Below, in pieces: positions 31,770 to 45,784 of a stretch of DNA of 64,000 nt. The notes beneath the pieces were generated by a model. The model saw nothing but the letters and a program-made list of their open reading frames with translations. It ran no database searches and was not told where the DNA came from. The DNA is taken from the NCBI GenBank assembly GCA_965112155.1, contig OZ218102.1. One strand, written 5' to 3'. The position numbers were made by a program, and so were the translations under genes. This DNA comes from Podarcis liolepis. Lineage: Eukaryota. Numbering within the stretch: position 1 is the first letter of the stretch; every line of letters starts with the position of its first letter.

Positions 31770-34290
31770 TACATCGTATTAGTTAACACCACTTTATTAT
31801 TGAAAAATTAATGTCTAGAAGCAGTATTTGGGGAAATACTCCAGTGGAAAGTATTACACTGTTGTTAACATCAGATATTATGATAAAATATGAAACATGA
31901 AAGTTATCTGTAATTCATACACACAAGTCATTAAGGAAGGAAAATGCATGTATGAAGCAAAGTTTAACAGAAAAAGACAGACACAAGTCCTTATCAAAAT
32001 CTAAAATCTGAGGCAGAGTTGAGAACTGGTAGCCTGAACCTGGCCCACAAAACATTTTGGATGAGGTCACCATCTCTCCTTTGCCCAAAAGTGCTCTCTT
32101 CTGCAACTACAACTTCAAGCAGTAGCTGAAGAAGGTGGGCAGAGGTTTGCTTCCCTCGCCTTTCTTGCTGCATATATGTGCATGACAAGTGTATGCGTAA
32201 ATGTAGAGTGTGTGTGCATGCTGCGAACGTGTACTGTTTGCATATACAGTGTGTGCAGAGAGAGAGTGTGGTGTGGTCCCACCTATTGTCTGTGCTGGCT
32301 ATGCCCACTTTTGTTTTGACCACACCCACCATTGGCACATGGCCCTAGAAGGTTGGCCACAAAAAAATATGGCCCTCTGCCTAGAAAAAGGTTTCCCAGA
32401 CATGGTCCAAGGTAAGATTAGGTTAAGAAGAAAGGACTAACCTGACACCAGGGTTTATCTTTTAAAAAAATTATAATATGTACAAAATGGTGGCAATCAT
32501 GTAATGTTAGGAGGCACATTATATGTTTTGAATGTTCATTCTGAATGGTTTAATTGCTAGAATTTAACTATGAAAAATGCATATTGAAGTAAAATACAAT
32601 TTTAATACTGTACTTTGAAATTGGCAGAAATTATACCCTTAAGGAATAGTAGATACTACCCAAAACACCACCTCAGAATTGCATTTTTAGGTTCTTCAAT
32701 AAGCATTTAGAGTGCCAAGTTTTCAAGTGAAGTGATTTTAGCATTCTGAATACGAAGTACCTTTAAAACTAGTACATTTATTTTTGTCTCTTTTACTACA
32801 GGAAACAGTGGCAGGAAGCTCTGCAGGCTAAGTACAGCACTATGCTTTTGGCTAAAAAAAAAAAAAAAATTAGAAAGTAGCCAGACCCTAAGTTCAATAC
32901 AACTGCCAATTACTTAACCCATTCTAAAAACCAGCCAATACTTTCTTTTAGGACAGTACTGTGAACAAAATAAATATTGGCTTAGTTATGACACTTGTTA
33001 TTTTAAAGCTTTAATAACCTATTGTTCACTCATGGTTGCCTCAACAAGATAAAACACTGAAAACAGCATTTCCTGACAGGAAGTGAATTCCCACTGTGTA
33101 TCACAGGATTTCAGCCAAACACTCAGTTCTAGAAAAGGAATGGGACTCCAAGTCCAAACCACTGACAATTGACACAATTTCTCTCTTTCTCCTCTACCTT
33201 CCTTTTAAAAAGGTGATTTTTTTAAAATTTATTTTTTTGCCACTATCTTGCGATGAGATCCCATCTCATCACAATAATGCTCTTAACAAGCACACACAAT
33301 GACACTGAATGCAACTTTACCCTCTCCACCGATTGCCGAGAAATTGATCAGCAGTCTGGAAGGCGGCTGGAGGTGTTTGGCCACTGTATTTCTAAGGTGC
33401 CTGGCTGTGCAAAAGTCAGAAGATCAAACTCCCTTTGACAGAAGGAGATGGGCAGCTTCCTTTGCTACTGGGGAACCAAAGCACCTGGAATGTTGCAGCT
33501 GAAAGGGCAAGCTTCCTTGTGTCTTCCTTTCTCACAGGAATATGAGCCTTCAGAGAAAGGGATGCACAGGTTCTCTCTTACAATAAAGGTGGTGCAGGTG
33601 ACCATGATTTTTCTGCTACAAAAGATAGTCAAAAATGTGGACACATGAAAAAGTTCTGATAGCCTATATATCCCAGGATTCCAAAATAGCTTGGCTGCTT
33701 GCAAATAAATTGCAATCACCTGGAACAATTAGTCAACTGAGTATTTCACCACATACCAGGATTATAGCTGATAAAAACTATGCAGAAGCCCTTCATTCTG
33801 GGCACCTCTCTTTGGCAATCATACATAATCAAATACCTCAATACACGTAATCCAGTTGGTTTTTGTTTTGTTTTTTTAAATACTATCCTATCCTTAATAT
33901 TAAGTGAATTTCTGCTTCTACAACAATGAACATTTGCTGGCAGGATGGCAGGTTAAAGTTCATCTCTCATTCGGTTTCCTGGACATCACATAGAATTGTA
34001 TGTCATGTCAATATACGTCATTTTCAGTATTCAATGAAGCAAGGAATAGGATTATAGGACTAAAATGTAGAAAGAGCACAAGAAAACATGCAAATTTTCA
34101 GCATCAATTGTCAATGCTTTGTTTTATATCAAAACTGAGATGCAGGTACTTTCAGATATCAAAATTAAAAAATGTGTGCTAGAAACAAGGTAGATTTAAT
34201 AAAATTTGCCAAAATGTAAGTGAAGATGAACAGAAAAGATCCTAAAGATTTTAAGCATATGTTGCTTTTATAAGGTTGAAAAGATACTTA

Positions 34291-34379
34291 GGCTGCAATC
34301 CAATCCTGCTGATCTGAAAGTAAGCTCTACTGAACTCAGTGGGACTTATTTTTGGGTAGGCATGCATATGATTGTACTG
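34291..34379. mobile_element. Short palindromic MITE (Harbinger-like)
   Basis: GGCTGCAATCC...GATTGTACTG with internal gtaagctctactg/cagtgggacttat symmetry; TTA on both sides. Confidence 0.65.
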
Positions 34380-36600
34380 TTAGAGTCATCCAGCTCTGGC
34401 AATATCAGAGACTTAGCTCACCACTTTTCCACCTTTGGATAAAGGACCATGTTAACAATTACAGGGTCATAATCTTCAATATGTGAAGCTCACAATTCTC
34501 TATGGAAGCACAGTGTATCTATCCTAAAATAATTAGCAAGGAGGTATACAACTGAAATGATTTCGGGATTACCTCTGAAATTTTGAACTCAGGGTTCTTC
34601 CAATTGTCCAGGAAGTATAGTCATAAGATAGCACATCACAGCCAGACAGTTTGTAACTCCAGTGTGCAAAACCCATGCACAACTGCCTAACAGAATTTTC
34701 AGGCAAAGTTCTGCTTAGAAGAATCTGCTTAGAAGTCAGAAGTATTCACTTTACAGATCTGGATTACCATAATTTGTGTCTATTTCTAGTTTTAGACATG
34801 CTTCATTTTCTTCTTACTATATACCTTTAGATTTAATGATTTATCATTTGTATGCCCTTAGTATTCAGAAGAAACCATAGCGTAATTTACTGTTGAAAAC
34901 ACAGAACTGAAGACACAGATTTTTAACTGGAGGCAGCTATAGCCACATTGCTATTACTATATCATTTACTGCCTAAAGCTGAAGTTGTTTCCACATATGT
35001 AATGTATGTTAACACCATAATTGGTCATTTTATCACAGGCAGCCCATCCTAATACCCAAATATTTCATTACTGTACATAAAACTATCATAATCTGTACAG
35101 GTGTCCACCTACCACAAATGCAGAAAATCATTAGCATGGATTACATACTAGAAGTTAAAACTTGCTCCAAGTCCAACCACATGAAACTCTTGACTAACTG
35201 CAAACACTTCAAAATTGTAAGATCTAATATCCCCTCAAGAACCCAATATGAACAATAATATAGAAGGGAAAAAACAATTTGCAAGAGAAGAGATTTGCAT
35301 GGATAGAAACCCTGCCTGTAGAGGAAATAGAATAATTCACACAAATTTAAACTTACCATTCACATTGCTAAACCAAAGATGAAGGCATAGTTTTTAGCAT
35401 AAGAGCATTGAAATATGCTTCAAAACAGTCTTTGGCTGTGTCTCTCCCCAATTGGTCCGTCAAATACACAGCAGCTACAGCACAAAGCATCTTTATGGGT
35501 GGAATAAAAGGCTCTTTAAATGCTCCTTTATATTTTTTTTATTGAATGAACCCACTCTTACACAAAGTTCATGCCACGATGTCTCGAAGAGCAGAATTAC
35601 CAGATCACAAGTTATCATCCAATTCTGGTAAATTACATACCGTAAACATGCAAGTATTTATTTGTGATACAGTTAGTAAATAAATGTTTAATCAATGCTT
35701 AGCAACATTTTAACATTTCAAAGCCTTATTTACAATGTCCATGACAGTGAAGTCTCCCTAAGGCTAATTTCAGGGTGGTTTTTTCCAAATAAAAAACTTC
35801 ATTCAACATTTGTTTACTCTGGGAATTCCAAATATGTTTGAGCCATCCTTCATTACCTTCTTTCCTGTCTTAAGTCACTCTGTAATTGTCTAAATTATGA
35901 ACTTCATGCTCTGCCTGTACAAAACCAATGATCATAGTGACATTTATTTTGTCAAGGTGTAAAGATATCCCTTGAGCAGAGGTTAGAACCTTGTGGACTA
36001 TTGTTGAACTACAATTCCCAATCAGTCCCAGCCAGCATGACCAAAATATTTTTGCTAAATGTATGAAATATACAGCAGAAAAGCACTATATTTTCTTCCT
36101 CCAACAGACTGTAGCAGCTGCCCAACTGCCTTATAAAAAAACCCCTAAAACAGGAAACTGAAGCTGATCACATATGGCAATGCTGAAGAAATCTTGCCCT
36201 GGAGGTGACCCTTCTTTTTCATCATGTTCTTCATAATACATGTGGTAAAGATCAAGGGTGGAGCTCTTTCTGCGGACAAAATTACTATACAAAACTGTTG
36301 AAAGCATGTACTTTGCACTGGCCAAGTCTACAAATTCTGTTATCTGAGCGTTTGGAAGGCACTGTAAATGTTTTCCTTATCATAAATTCTGATAAATATG
36401 AATACAGTTTACATAAAAGCTACAATGATATGGGCCTAGAGGGACACACAAAGAAAGGAAGATTTTCAGTTTTGGATGAAAGTCTACAGGATCCTGCCAA
36501 CTGATGTTTTAAAGAGACCCATCGGAACATTAGCCTATTTGCTCTCCCACCAAATAGAGGAACTCCTGGCATTTAAGAGGTGTGTATTCTCACTATTATA

Positions 36601-36956
36601 GGGATGCGGGTGGTGCTATGGGTTAAACCACAGAGCCTAGGACTTGCCAATCAGAAGGTCGGCGGTTCAAATCCCCGTGACGGGGTGAGCTCCCGTTGCT
36701 CGGTCCCTGCTCCTGCCAACCTAGCAGTTCAAAAGCACATCAAAGTGCAAGTAGATAAATAGGTACCGCTCTGGCGGGAAGGTAAATGGCGTTTCCATGT
36801 GCTGCTCTGGTTTGCCAGAAGCGGCTTAGTCATGCTGGTCACATGACCCGGAAGCTGTATGACGGCTCCCTTGGCCAGTAAAGCGAGATGAGCGATGCAA
36901 CCCCCAGAGTCGGTCACGACTGGACCTAATGGTCAGGGGTCCCCTTTACCTTTACC
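36601..36956 (+). mobile_element. Sauria SINE, full length
   Basis: tRNA-like head GGGATGCGGGTGGTGCTATGGGTTAAACC...GGTTCAAATCC, (TTTACC)n tail, 13-bp TSD TATTCTCACTATT at 36585-36597 and 36957-36969. Confidence 0.95.
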
Positions 36957-37784
36957 TATTCTCACTATTGCCTTGCTTCAAATAGTGAATAAAAACAAAT
37001 CTGGGCATTTGTAGCTGCCCTGGACTCACAGAATGACACATAGAAGAGATGAAACTGTCTAATGGTATCAACAAGTTGTTCTGAGATGCCAAACCTTGAT
37101 ATCCTTATAATTTGCCACTTGTTCACTCACCTCGGGTAAGCAGTAATTGGCTCTTGCTGAACACCTATATGCAATGTGCCTTTTATCTTTCAAATATCTG
37201 AAGTTCGAAACCTTAAATGGGTTTAGTATTGGCTGATTCTTTATGAGAGCCCCCCACCCAATAGCAAAAAATGGGGTGGTCTAGACAAGAGTGATTATTC
37301 ATTTTGTGCTCTCCTGCCTTGAATACTCTGTACAGTATTCAAAATTTCAACACTTGAAAAAAGCCATATGGTGGAAATCCAGGGATGGGTGGAACTTACA
37401 TTCATTTTTATCACATACAAAATACTTAGCTTCATTATTCATATTCACTCATACGTGTTTTGCTTCACTCTCTAACCTACTTTGTAAATACCATTACTCT
37501 CTCACTTATACGAAGTGGAAACAGACTGCTCAGTTTCTAACAGGAATGTAGCAAAAGAGATGGGACAGGACTTTATAATTTCCCCTTTCCTCATGGAATT
37601 CTTAGATTACATAAGGGGAGGAATGAAGTTCCTAGTTCTTTTCCCTTCCCTTCCAACTTCACTACTGGATTTCCCCTTTCTAAAGTTGTCTTTACACAAG
37701 GTTACACAACCTTGTCTCCCACAATGAAGTGTGCTACGAAATGAGGCAGAAAATGTTTGATTACTTCACTACAGAAATAGTATA

Positions 37785-38110
37785 AAGGTAAAGGTACCAC
37801 TGGCCATTAGTTGCGGACGACTCTGGGGTTGTGGTGCTCATTTTGCTCTATAGGCTGAGGGAGCTGGCGTTTGTCCACAGACAGCTTCCAGGTCATGTGG
37901 CCAGAATGACTAAGTCGCTTCTGGCGAACCCAAGCAGTGCACGGAAACGCCATTTACCTTCCCGCTGGAGCGGTACCTACTTGCACTTTGAAGGGCAGGA
38001 GCAGGGACCAAACAACGGGAGCTCACCTCATCATGGGGATTTGAACCGCTGACCTTCTGATCAGCAAGCCCTAGGCTCTGTGGTTTAGACCACAGAGCCA
38101 CCCGCGTCCC
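37785..38110 (-). mobile_element. Sauria SINE with small internal deletions
   Basis: Reverse complement of 36601-36956; TSD ACAG(A/G)AATAGTATA at 37771-37784 and 38111-38124. Confidence 0.95.
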
Positions 38111-38467
38111 ACAGGAATAGTATAGCCAGGTGAAAAAGTGAAGACCACATTCCTCATGGTGTGTAGAGGCAAATGGAATGATATCTTTTCCTTGCATTCT
38201 CATTTGTCACCAAATATTTCACTTAAGTGAAGGTGACCATGCCTCCCTCCAATCATTCTAGCCATCAGTCTCCTCACAGCTGCACCTGTTAATTTATAGC
38301 TGCCAAATCATTGGAGACTCATCTAACTCAGACTGAATGAATGCTTTATCGCTTTATTCAGAATCCAATTTCTAGTTTAACTCTAAAATTTCCTGACATA
38401 GAAGTCCATTTCGTATCTTGAGGTGAGCAATATGCAAACTGAGTGTGGGGCAAGTGATTGCCTACAC

Positions 38468-38578
38468 CAGGCATGTCCGTTTTGGGGGCCTTAAAAAAGC
38501 TCACCAACTTTGGTTGGCCCTTACGCATGTTCACTTCATCAAATCTGTCCCTCTTTGAAAATAGTTTGGGCACCCCTG
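38468..38578. mobile_element. Short hAT element (internally deleted)
   Basis: CAGGCATGTCC...GGGCACCCCTG; perfect 8-bp TSD GCCTACAC. Confidence 0.8.
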
Positions 38579-39376
38579 GCCTACACAGAAAGTAAGAACA
38601 GAGCTATAGTGTTGGCTTATATATGTCCCAGTGTTATCTTATCATTACAACTTTGGCTGAAGACTTGCCAATGCATGAGAAAATAGTTTAGGGAAAAGTG
38701 CATAAATTAAAGGTATTTTTTAAAAAGAATCTTGCGTACATTTCTTGATCATTAGCAAAGATAGCAGTAGCATACCTGCTGATTTCACATTCTTACCCAT
38801 GAAATTTAACCTTTTCAATTATTTATTTATTATTTTAAATCTCATACAATGATATATGTTATTTATTTTAATCAGATTAGATTTGACAAGAACATTCATT
38901 AGGATGTGTAAGGGGAGTGAGATACATGAGATAGTATCAGCCAGTATGGTTTGTTGTTAATTACTATTTGTAAAAGTGTTTTTATAAACTGAAAACAAAT
39001 TTGTTAATACTTAAAAAGGTAACTCCTAAATCCTCAAAACTTGCCAAAATTGAGTAAGGTCATATGCATTTTTGTCCAAATTATCATATCAGTCCCAGGA
39101 TATGTTGCCTTAATCAGAGCAAATACTTCCATCATCATATCAGTTATTGGCAGGTTCTATTATATAGCTAATAGTAATAAGAAACAAAAAGTTATCCAGG
39201 CAGTAGTCCATCAACTGTTGCTGAATGAACTGCAGCAGAACCCTTTTTATCAAACCAGTAAAACCAAAAGAAAAACAAGAGTGTTTATATTAACTAAAGT
39301 GGATATTTGATATGTACACTTAAAGCTTAATCCAGTCCTATGATGGGTGTAGCACCTGTATTAGATCCCTATAGGG

Positions 39377-39514
39377 TAGGGGTGGAAAGTCTCTGGCCTT
39401 CCAAGTGCTGATGGACTACAATTCCTATTATCACTGACCACTGGCTATGTTGGCTGGTGCTGATGGGAGTTGGAGTTCAATAATACATGGAGAGCCACAG
39501 GTTCCTCACCCCTG
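39377..39514. mobile_element. Older palindromic hAT MITE
   Basis: TAGGGGTGGAAAG...GTTCCTCACCCCTG; TSD CTATAGGG/CTTTAGGG. Confidence 0.8.
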
Positions 39515-40333
39515 CTTTAGGGCAAAAATAAGACACCTGCCCTCCTGCCTCCCATTTCCATGCACCACAGTTTCCTATTTCTATGGTACCCATGCATACC
39601 AAGGGGGGGGGGGACAGAGGTCTCCTGCTTGTGGGGATTCTTCTGAATAAACACTGCACGCTCCAAACATGATTAGATCAAACCATTGCTTTATTCTGTA
39701 TTTTTATCCGTAGGAAATTAATGAGCATTTAAACTTCATTTCTACACTAAACCATAATCCAATTACATATCAGTATTGTATCACTGCTTGTCAGAATATT
39801 TTGAATGTGTTTGACCTAGTATTGTCAATGCTCAGTTTGACAGAAAGCTGAAAACTTATACAAGACACTGACATTTTTTCCTTGAAAAAGTCCTTTCCAA
39901 AGCAAATTACTTTTGTTTTAAAGCAAGGCTCTGCCCTTTATTTCCCAACCACCACCCACTCTTCCAAATAAACAAGTGAGACAATGTTTCATAGGAATTT
40001 TAATTGTTTCCATAACTCTCATTGTCTGCCAAAAACCACTTAATATGAGATAGCTGAGGGAGGACACACAAATACGTGCACGTAATTGTGTAATGAATGA
40101 AAGAACACGAGGAGATTCAAACTTCTGCTTCAGTTAATCTTAGTTTGAAAAAGAAAAATAGACACACAAAAATGTAGAGCATCATTTAAGATGCTCATCC
40201 CTGGACTCATATTCAGAATGTCAAATGCTGGTGGTCACGATGCTTTGGCAGGGCGGTAAAGTGGTGTGGGACTGAAATGGAGTTGTGGATTATCTTAGAC
40301 TTGTTACACTGAGACAGCATCCTCTAGAGTCAA

Positions 40334-40676
40334 TATGGTTTCCCCAGTAGTGATGTATGGAAGTGAGAGCTGGACTATAAAGAAGGCTGATCGCCGAAGA
40401 ATAGATGCTTTTGAATTATGGTGCTGGAGGAGACTCTTGAGAGTCCCATGGACTACAAGAAGATCAAACCTATCCATTCTTAAGGAAATCAGCCCTGAGT
40501 GCTCACTGGAAGGACAGATCCTGAAGCTGAGGCTCCAATACTTTGGCCACCTCATGAGAAGAGAAGACTCCCTGGAAAAGACCCTGATGTTGGGAAAGAT
40601 TGAGGGCACAAGGAGAAGGGGACGACAGAGGATGAGATGGTTGGACAGTGTTCTCGAAGCTACAAACATGAGTCTG
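40334..40676 (+). mobile_element. BovB (RTE clade) LINE fragment, C-terminal ORF region
   Basis: Open frame PVVMYGSESWTIKKADRRRIDAFELWCWRRLLRVPWT...LQYFGHLMRREDSLEKTLMLGKIEGTRRRGRQRMRWLD, characteristic of BovB. Confidence 0.95.
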
Positions 40677-43600
40677 TCATAATTCTTGCTTTCTACCTTT
40701 TTTCTGTACTTTTCCACTGAAGTATATAAGCTGGGGAGAACAAAGATGGTCAGGATAAATAGGGATAGGGAGTGACAGCACAGCAAGCTCCTCTAGGTGG
40801 TGTGAAGCACTATCAAGGCCTCAAGAGTTTTAATGTTTTTCGCTTGTAGCTCCTTGGTGGACAGTGGTGTTTGGTTGATACAGTGGCTAAGAATGGACTG
40901 AATGAAACTTTCCTCAAAACACTTAGCATTTGCTTCTAAATTTGTCTGCTGACAGCCATGCAATTGCAGAGCTTGGCAGGGATGGACGACAGGCAACCCA
41001 GAGTGCAGAATCAGACCATCAGTCCATACTTGCAGGCACTCTTGCTACATTCCAGGTACTAGATGACTTCAACAGTGATATAAAGCCACATGATTTAGAC
41101 ACAGGCAGGAAGCTACAGGTACCTTGCCATAAACAAATATCCAATGAAATAGGAAACCAGCAGGCTGAGTCTTGGGTGAGTAGCACTGAGGCCACTCTTC
41201 AAGTGTGTGGAGTCTGCTACAAAGTTGCCTCTTTAATTTTCACCACTGTAACCAAGGTATTTCTTCCAATAAACTAAGAAATATGTGGGTGGAGACAAAG
41301 TACTGTTAACACTGCAGTTTGCCTCTGGACATTAACAGTAAACCAGTAGGTTTACCTTTCAAATGTTAGAAATTGTTCTTGAATGCAGTTGATGATTTGT
41401 GATATGACAAAAGAGCAAGATTTGAAAAGATTCTGACAAAACAGCAATTCTGATCATTATAAAAATATGTGCTTTTCTGTCTAAACCAACCTTTTGGAAT
41501 TTATCTCAATGTTACCAATGGTTAAAAGCAATAAAAACAACAGTCAGCTTTGTAGGTGATTATTTTCCTTAACTGCAGGGGAATAAGCTTCATACACTAG
41601 AGGGTCTTGATTTTCAAAGTGTTCCAAACATAGACGGAGTCTTAATTTTTTCCAAAATAATTGCCTATCTCATATTGAGATTTCAAAATTAGTATGTTTG
41701 CAGGAGGTATTTAAATCCAAATGTATCTATAATATTTGTAACTTTAGACTACTACTGCTGGAAATGTCCATGCTGCTTTCAGGTCTAAAAACTTGCCTTT
41801 CACAGCTGCAAAGGAAATGACAAGAGAAGAAAAACACAGGCAGCAGAGATCAGCAATTAATTCCATCCACAATTGGCCAGATGTTTGCTCAAGGAGGAAT
41901 CAGTCTGTTTCCTTTAGGGGCTGTTGCCACTGAAAACTGATCTTGTGCTTTCAGAGACACAAACTGTTTGTAACATGTTAGGAATGCATACTGGATCACA
42001 TAGAGATGAAGAAATAAAATCCAGATCGGGCTGTCTGCAGCGTGTGTTGCATATCTCGACTAAGAGGATCAAGTTATTCTATCCCCTCCCTTCCCCCACT
42101 CTCTTGATAACAATGGACAACTGCCAGCTCAGTCAGATTAAGTACCCAGAGTGTACGCAATTGTGCTTTACTGGCAAAAGAAAGGTGAAACATTCTTAGG
42201 GCTCTATCTTTTGTGGCATGTTAAAGTCATCCAAGGCATTATGTATTTTGGGAGGTGCTTGCCAAACAAACAGAATCAATGGCACACACTATTACTTGTG
42301 CTAGCTGGTTTCATGAAACTACTTCGAACAGCGCAACATATCTGGTCAGGAAAAACACAAAGTAAATTTTAGTTCTTGGTGGTATGCTGAACATATAACT
42401 AACTACAGGAGCTTTCCACATTCTGTATCCCTACATTGTGACATAAAAGCAGAAGCTTATCCAGAAAAACAGGTAAAGCAAAGTGTGTGCATTTTACCAA
42501 ATAGCGCACCACCCCCTAGTAGCTGCAGGCAGCCGTTCAGCCCACAATTTCTCACATGCATTGCATCTTACAAGAACTTGCATTTAACATGCCCCCGCTC
42601 AGATGACACTGTGCTTTCCCACATAGCTCATGTACTAACCTTCAGTTAATGATTGAAATAAACCCATGCATACAGTTGTTCAAAGGCAGTGTACTGTCCA
42701 ATTCATATGCTCCTGAACTTCAATTATTCATAGTCAATCAATCATGCCCTAAATATACTCAGATTAAACAACACCATATCTGATTTTGGTTATACAAACT
42801 CTGAAGATGAGGTGCTGCCTTCTGCACACACTTTTAAGTGAAAAAAATGCTTCTGGTATCTTGCCAGCTCAAATTAGCACGAACAAATACTACAGCACAT
42901 GCCAGACCTATGCCAAAATGAATCACAGAGTAATACACATGCTTTGTATATTTAAATAGTACAGGTGTCTGTCGATGCCAATGTTACGTAGTACTAAAGT
43001 GAGGAAGAAATACGGGATCAACTCACTATCAAGAGGTGTTTGTGGTTAGTGTTCTAAGTAAGGTATTTGGTTAGCACTCAAGGAGTTTTAAACTGTTTTT
43101 AAAAGTTTCAGTGAATTGTTTTAGTATTGATATATTTAATCCTTTGGAGAAAGGTGCAATATATAATAAATAATAATAGTGCACACTTCCCACGATCAGG
43201 TGCACCTGATTTAAAAGTCCAGAAGGAAAGTCCTGTGTTGATAAATATGCAGAGATACATATATGTTTTACCTTAGTAATAGAACAGCTGTTTAATACAT
43301 ATGTCCCTTGTCAGTACGAACACAAACCTTTAAATAGCTATGCAAACTGATCGTTCTGATTAATGGTATCTCTTCTCTAGAATAGATAATGGATTTCAGT
43401 ATTCCTCTTGCAGCTACTAATTGCCTTTCTGAAGTGTACATCAAAGCAGGAAGCTGCATTCATCATCCTACTTTAGGTGTTAAAAGTTTCTAATATTTCA
43501 GAAGAAACATTAGCCATGTTTGCACATAACAAAGCTGGACTTTTGGCTTTATTGTACTTTATTTTGAATGAGCAACATCCTGGTACCCAATTGCCTGCAC

Positions 43601-45432
43601 TTCACTCCTCCTCTGGTGTGAGTGGCTCCACATTACCACTAAACTAATAAGCCACAATCACTAGCCAGCCTTAATCAATGGTTTGTTGGCATGCTGATTT
43701 TTGGCTTGTTGGGAAGCAACAAACCATGACCCCTGGGTTTGGATGAAATGGACAGCCGAGGCTTCCTGCTTAGTGCTGGGGGAGAGCAAAGGAGGAGCAA
43801 TTAGGCAGCATGGCTTATCACTGCATGTGCGCACAGCTTGTAACTTCTAAGTACTTTTTGTAGGATTGAGATTCCTCCCCTCCTGCACCTCCAAATCCCT
43901 GCTATTAATATTTATTTACTCAGAATCCTCTTCAGCCTGAAAGGCCTCAAGGGTAACTAACAATCGAAAAGATACAAAATAGAAACACAGTAAATAAACA
44001 AAGCCAAAACCAGTATCAAACTCAGTTTAAAAAACCAAGCTAAAACATTAAGATCAAAAAGCCTGTGGGGAAAAAAGATATCCACCTGTTACCAAAAAAG
44101 ACCGGTGCCAGATGAACCTCCGTGGGAAATGTATTGCAAAGACAGGGTGGCACAACTGAAAAGGATCTGGTCACTACCCATCTTAATTCTAAAGGTCTCA
44201 GATGAAGACCTCAACTTCTGGGCATTTTCATGTGGGAACAGGTGGTCTTTAAAACAGAAACGGCTGCAAATGCTTTCTGACTTTTAAGGAAGATATGAGA
44301 GATGCACATTTTATAGCTGATCCATTTCTTAACACTAACTGCTGCTGACTCAGCAGCAGAAGGCTTACTCAGATCAATTTCCTAGACTGTTATCTTGTTT
44401 TCCTTAAGAAATTCCTATCTGCAGCCTGCTAATTCACAGTGGACTCTGGGAACCTAAATATACACAAGTTTTCTCTGTACATGCAAGCAGTAGTGAACCT
44501 CCTTAGGTATGGATTCATGTTGACAAAACAATGAAGGTCTGGCAGTTATCCATTAACATACTCCCCCAAGAGGATGGGGAGAGAGAGGACAAATGGTCTT
44601 GACATGATTAGCAAATTAAGGCAGTGAAATTAATTCAGTGGTGTGAGTTGAGTCTTCTAGCTTCAATTTATTCCACACTGGAGAGCCATGCTATTAGTTT
44701 GATATGGGCCGTTGGAGATATTGGTGTGTAGTCTCTTGTTGAATTGTAGCAGGGTATGCAGCTGGTTCCTACTCAGGATATCTTCGACTTTACTTAGTGC
44801 ACATTATATAATTTGTGTTTGATGTATCTGAGCTAATGGAACAGACAAGTTGTTTCATATTTTGTCTACATAGTTTTGTTTTTGTATGTATATGCAAAAT
44901 GGTTTAAATCCATAATCTTATAATATGAAGCTCAAAGCCACTTTGCTCATTCCCATTATTGCTGTAAAGAGAGAGAGACCCTGTGCTGAAATCACAGTTG
45001 ATGTTGGTTCTAATATCCCTGCAGACTAAATCACTAAGTGACAGCTCCCAGCATCATCATACAGTAAAGATGTTAACAACATGGGGTATAACACTGAGCT
45101 CTGTAGCACTCCATAGCATAAACGTCATAGGTTCAAGTAATAGTCTGCAATAATAGTCCACTGATCCAAGAATCCTAACACACAAATTTTCTATGGGCTT
45201 ACTAAGAGTTTACTAAACTTGACAAGACACACTTTGCAGAAACTTTAGAGAGGAGAGAGGTGGGAAGGATGAGCTATAGGAAAAGAAATAAGATATGTTG
45301 ATATGGTTAGAGTGTCATGATAAAACAGTAGCTCTGGAGTCATTATGAGTTATTCTAGAATGGGAGGCCATGAGTAAGGGATTGGAATCATACTGAAGAC
45401 AAAGATGAGCATAGCTGAGCTATTCAAAAGTA

Positions 45433-45784
45433 AAGGTAAAGGTAAAGGGACCCCTGACCATTAGGTCCAGTCGTGGCCGACTCTGGGGTTGCGGCGCTCA
45501 TCTCGCTTTATTGGCCGAGGGAGCTGGCGTACAGCTTCCGGGTCATGTGGCCAGCATGACTAAGCTGCTTCTGGCGAACCAGAGCAGCTCACAGAAACGC
45601 CATTTACCTTCCTGCCGGAGCGGTACCTATTTATCTACTTGCACTTTGACATGCTTTCGAACTGCTAGGTTGGCAAGAGCAGGAACCGAGCAACGGGAGC
45701 TCACTCCATCACGGGGCTTCGAACTGCCAACCTTCTGATCGGCAAGTCCTAGGCTCTGTGGTTTAACCCACAGCACCACCCGCA
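45433..45784 (-). mobile_element. Sauria SINE, essentially full length
   Basis: Reverse complement of 36601-36956; TSD TCAAAAGTA at 45424-45432 and 45785-45793. Confidence 0.95.

Noticed and set aside
35351-35360. Strong-looking minus-strand donor ATG|GTAAGT
   Set aside because: No convincing acceptor or promoter nearby; isolated donors are expected by chance.
40304-40786. 160-aa minus-strand ORF, the longest in the track
   Set aside because: It is the antisense frame of the BovB fragment.
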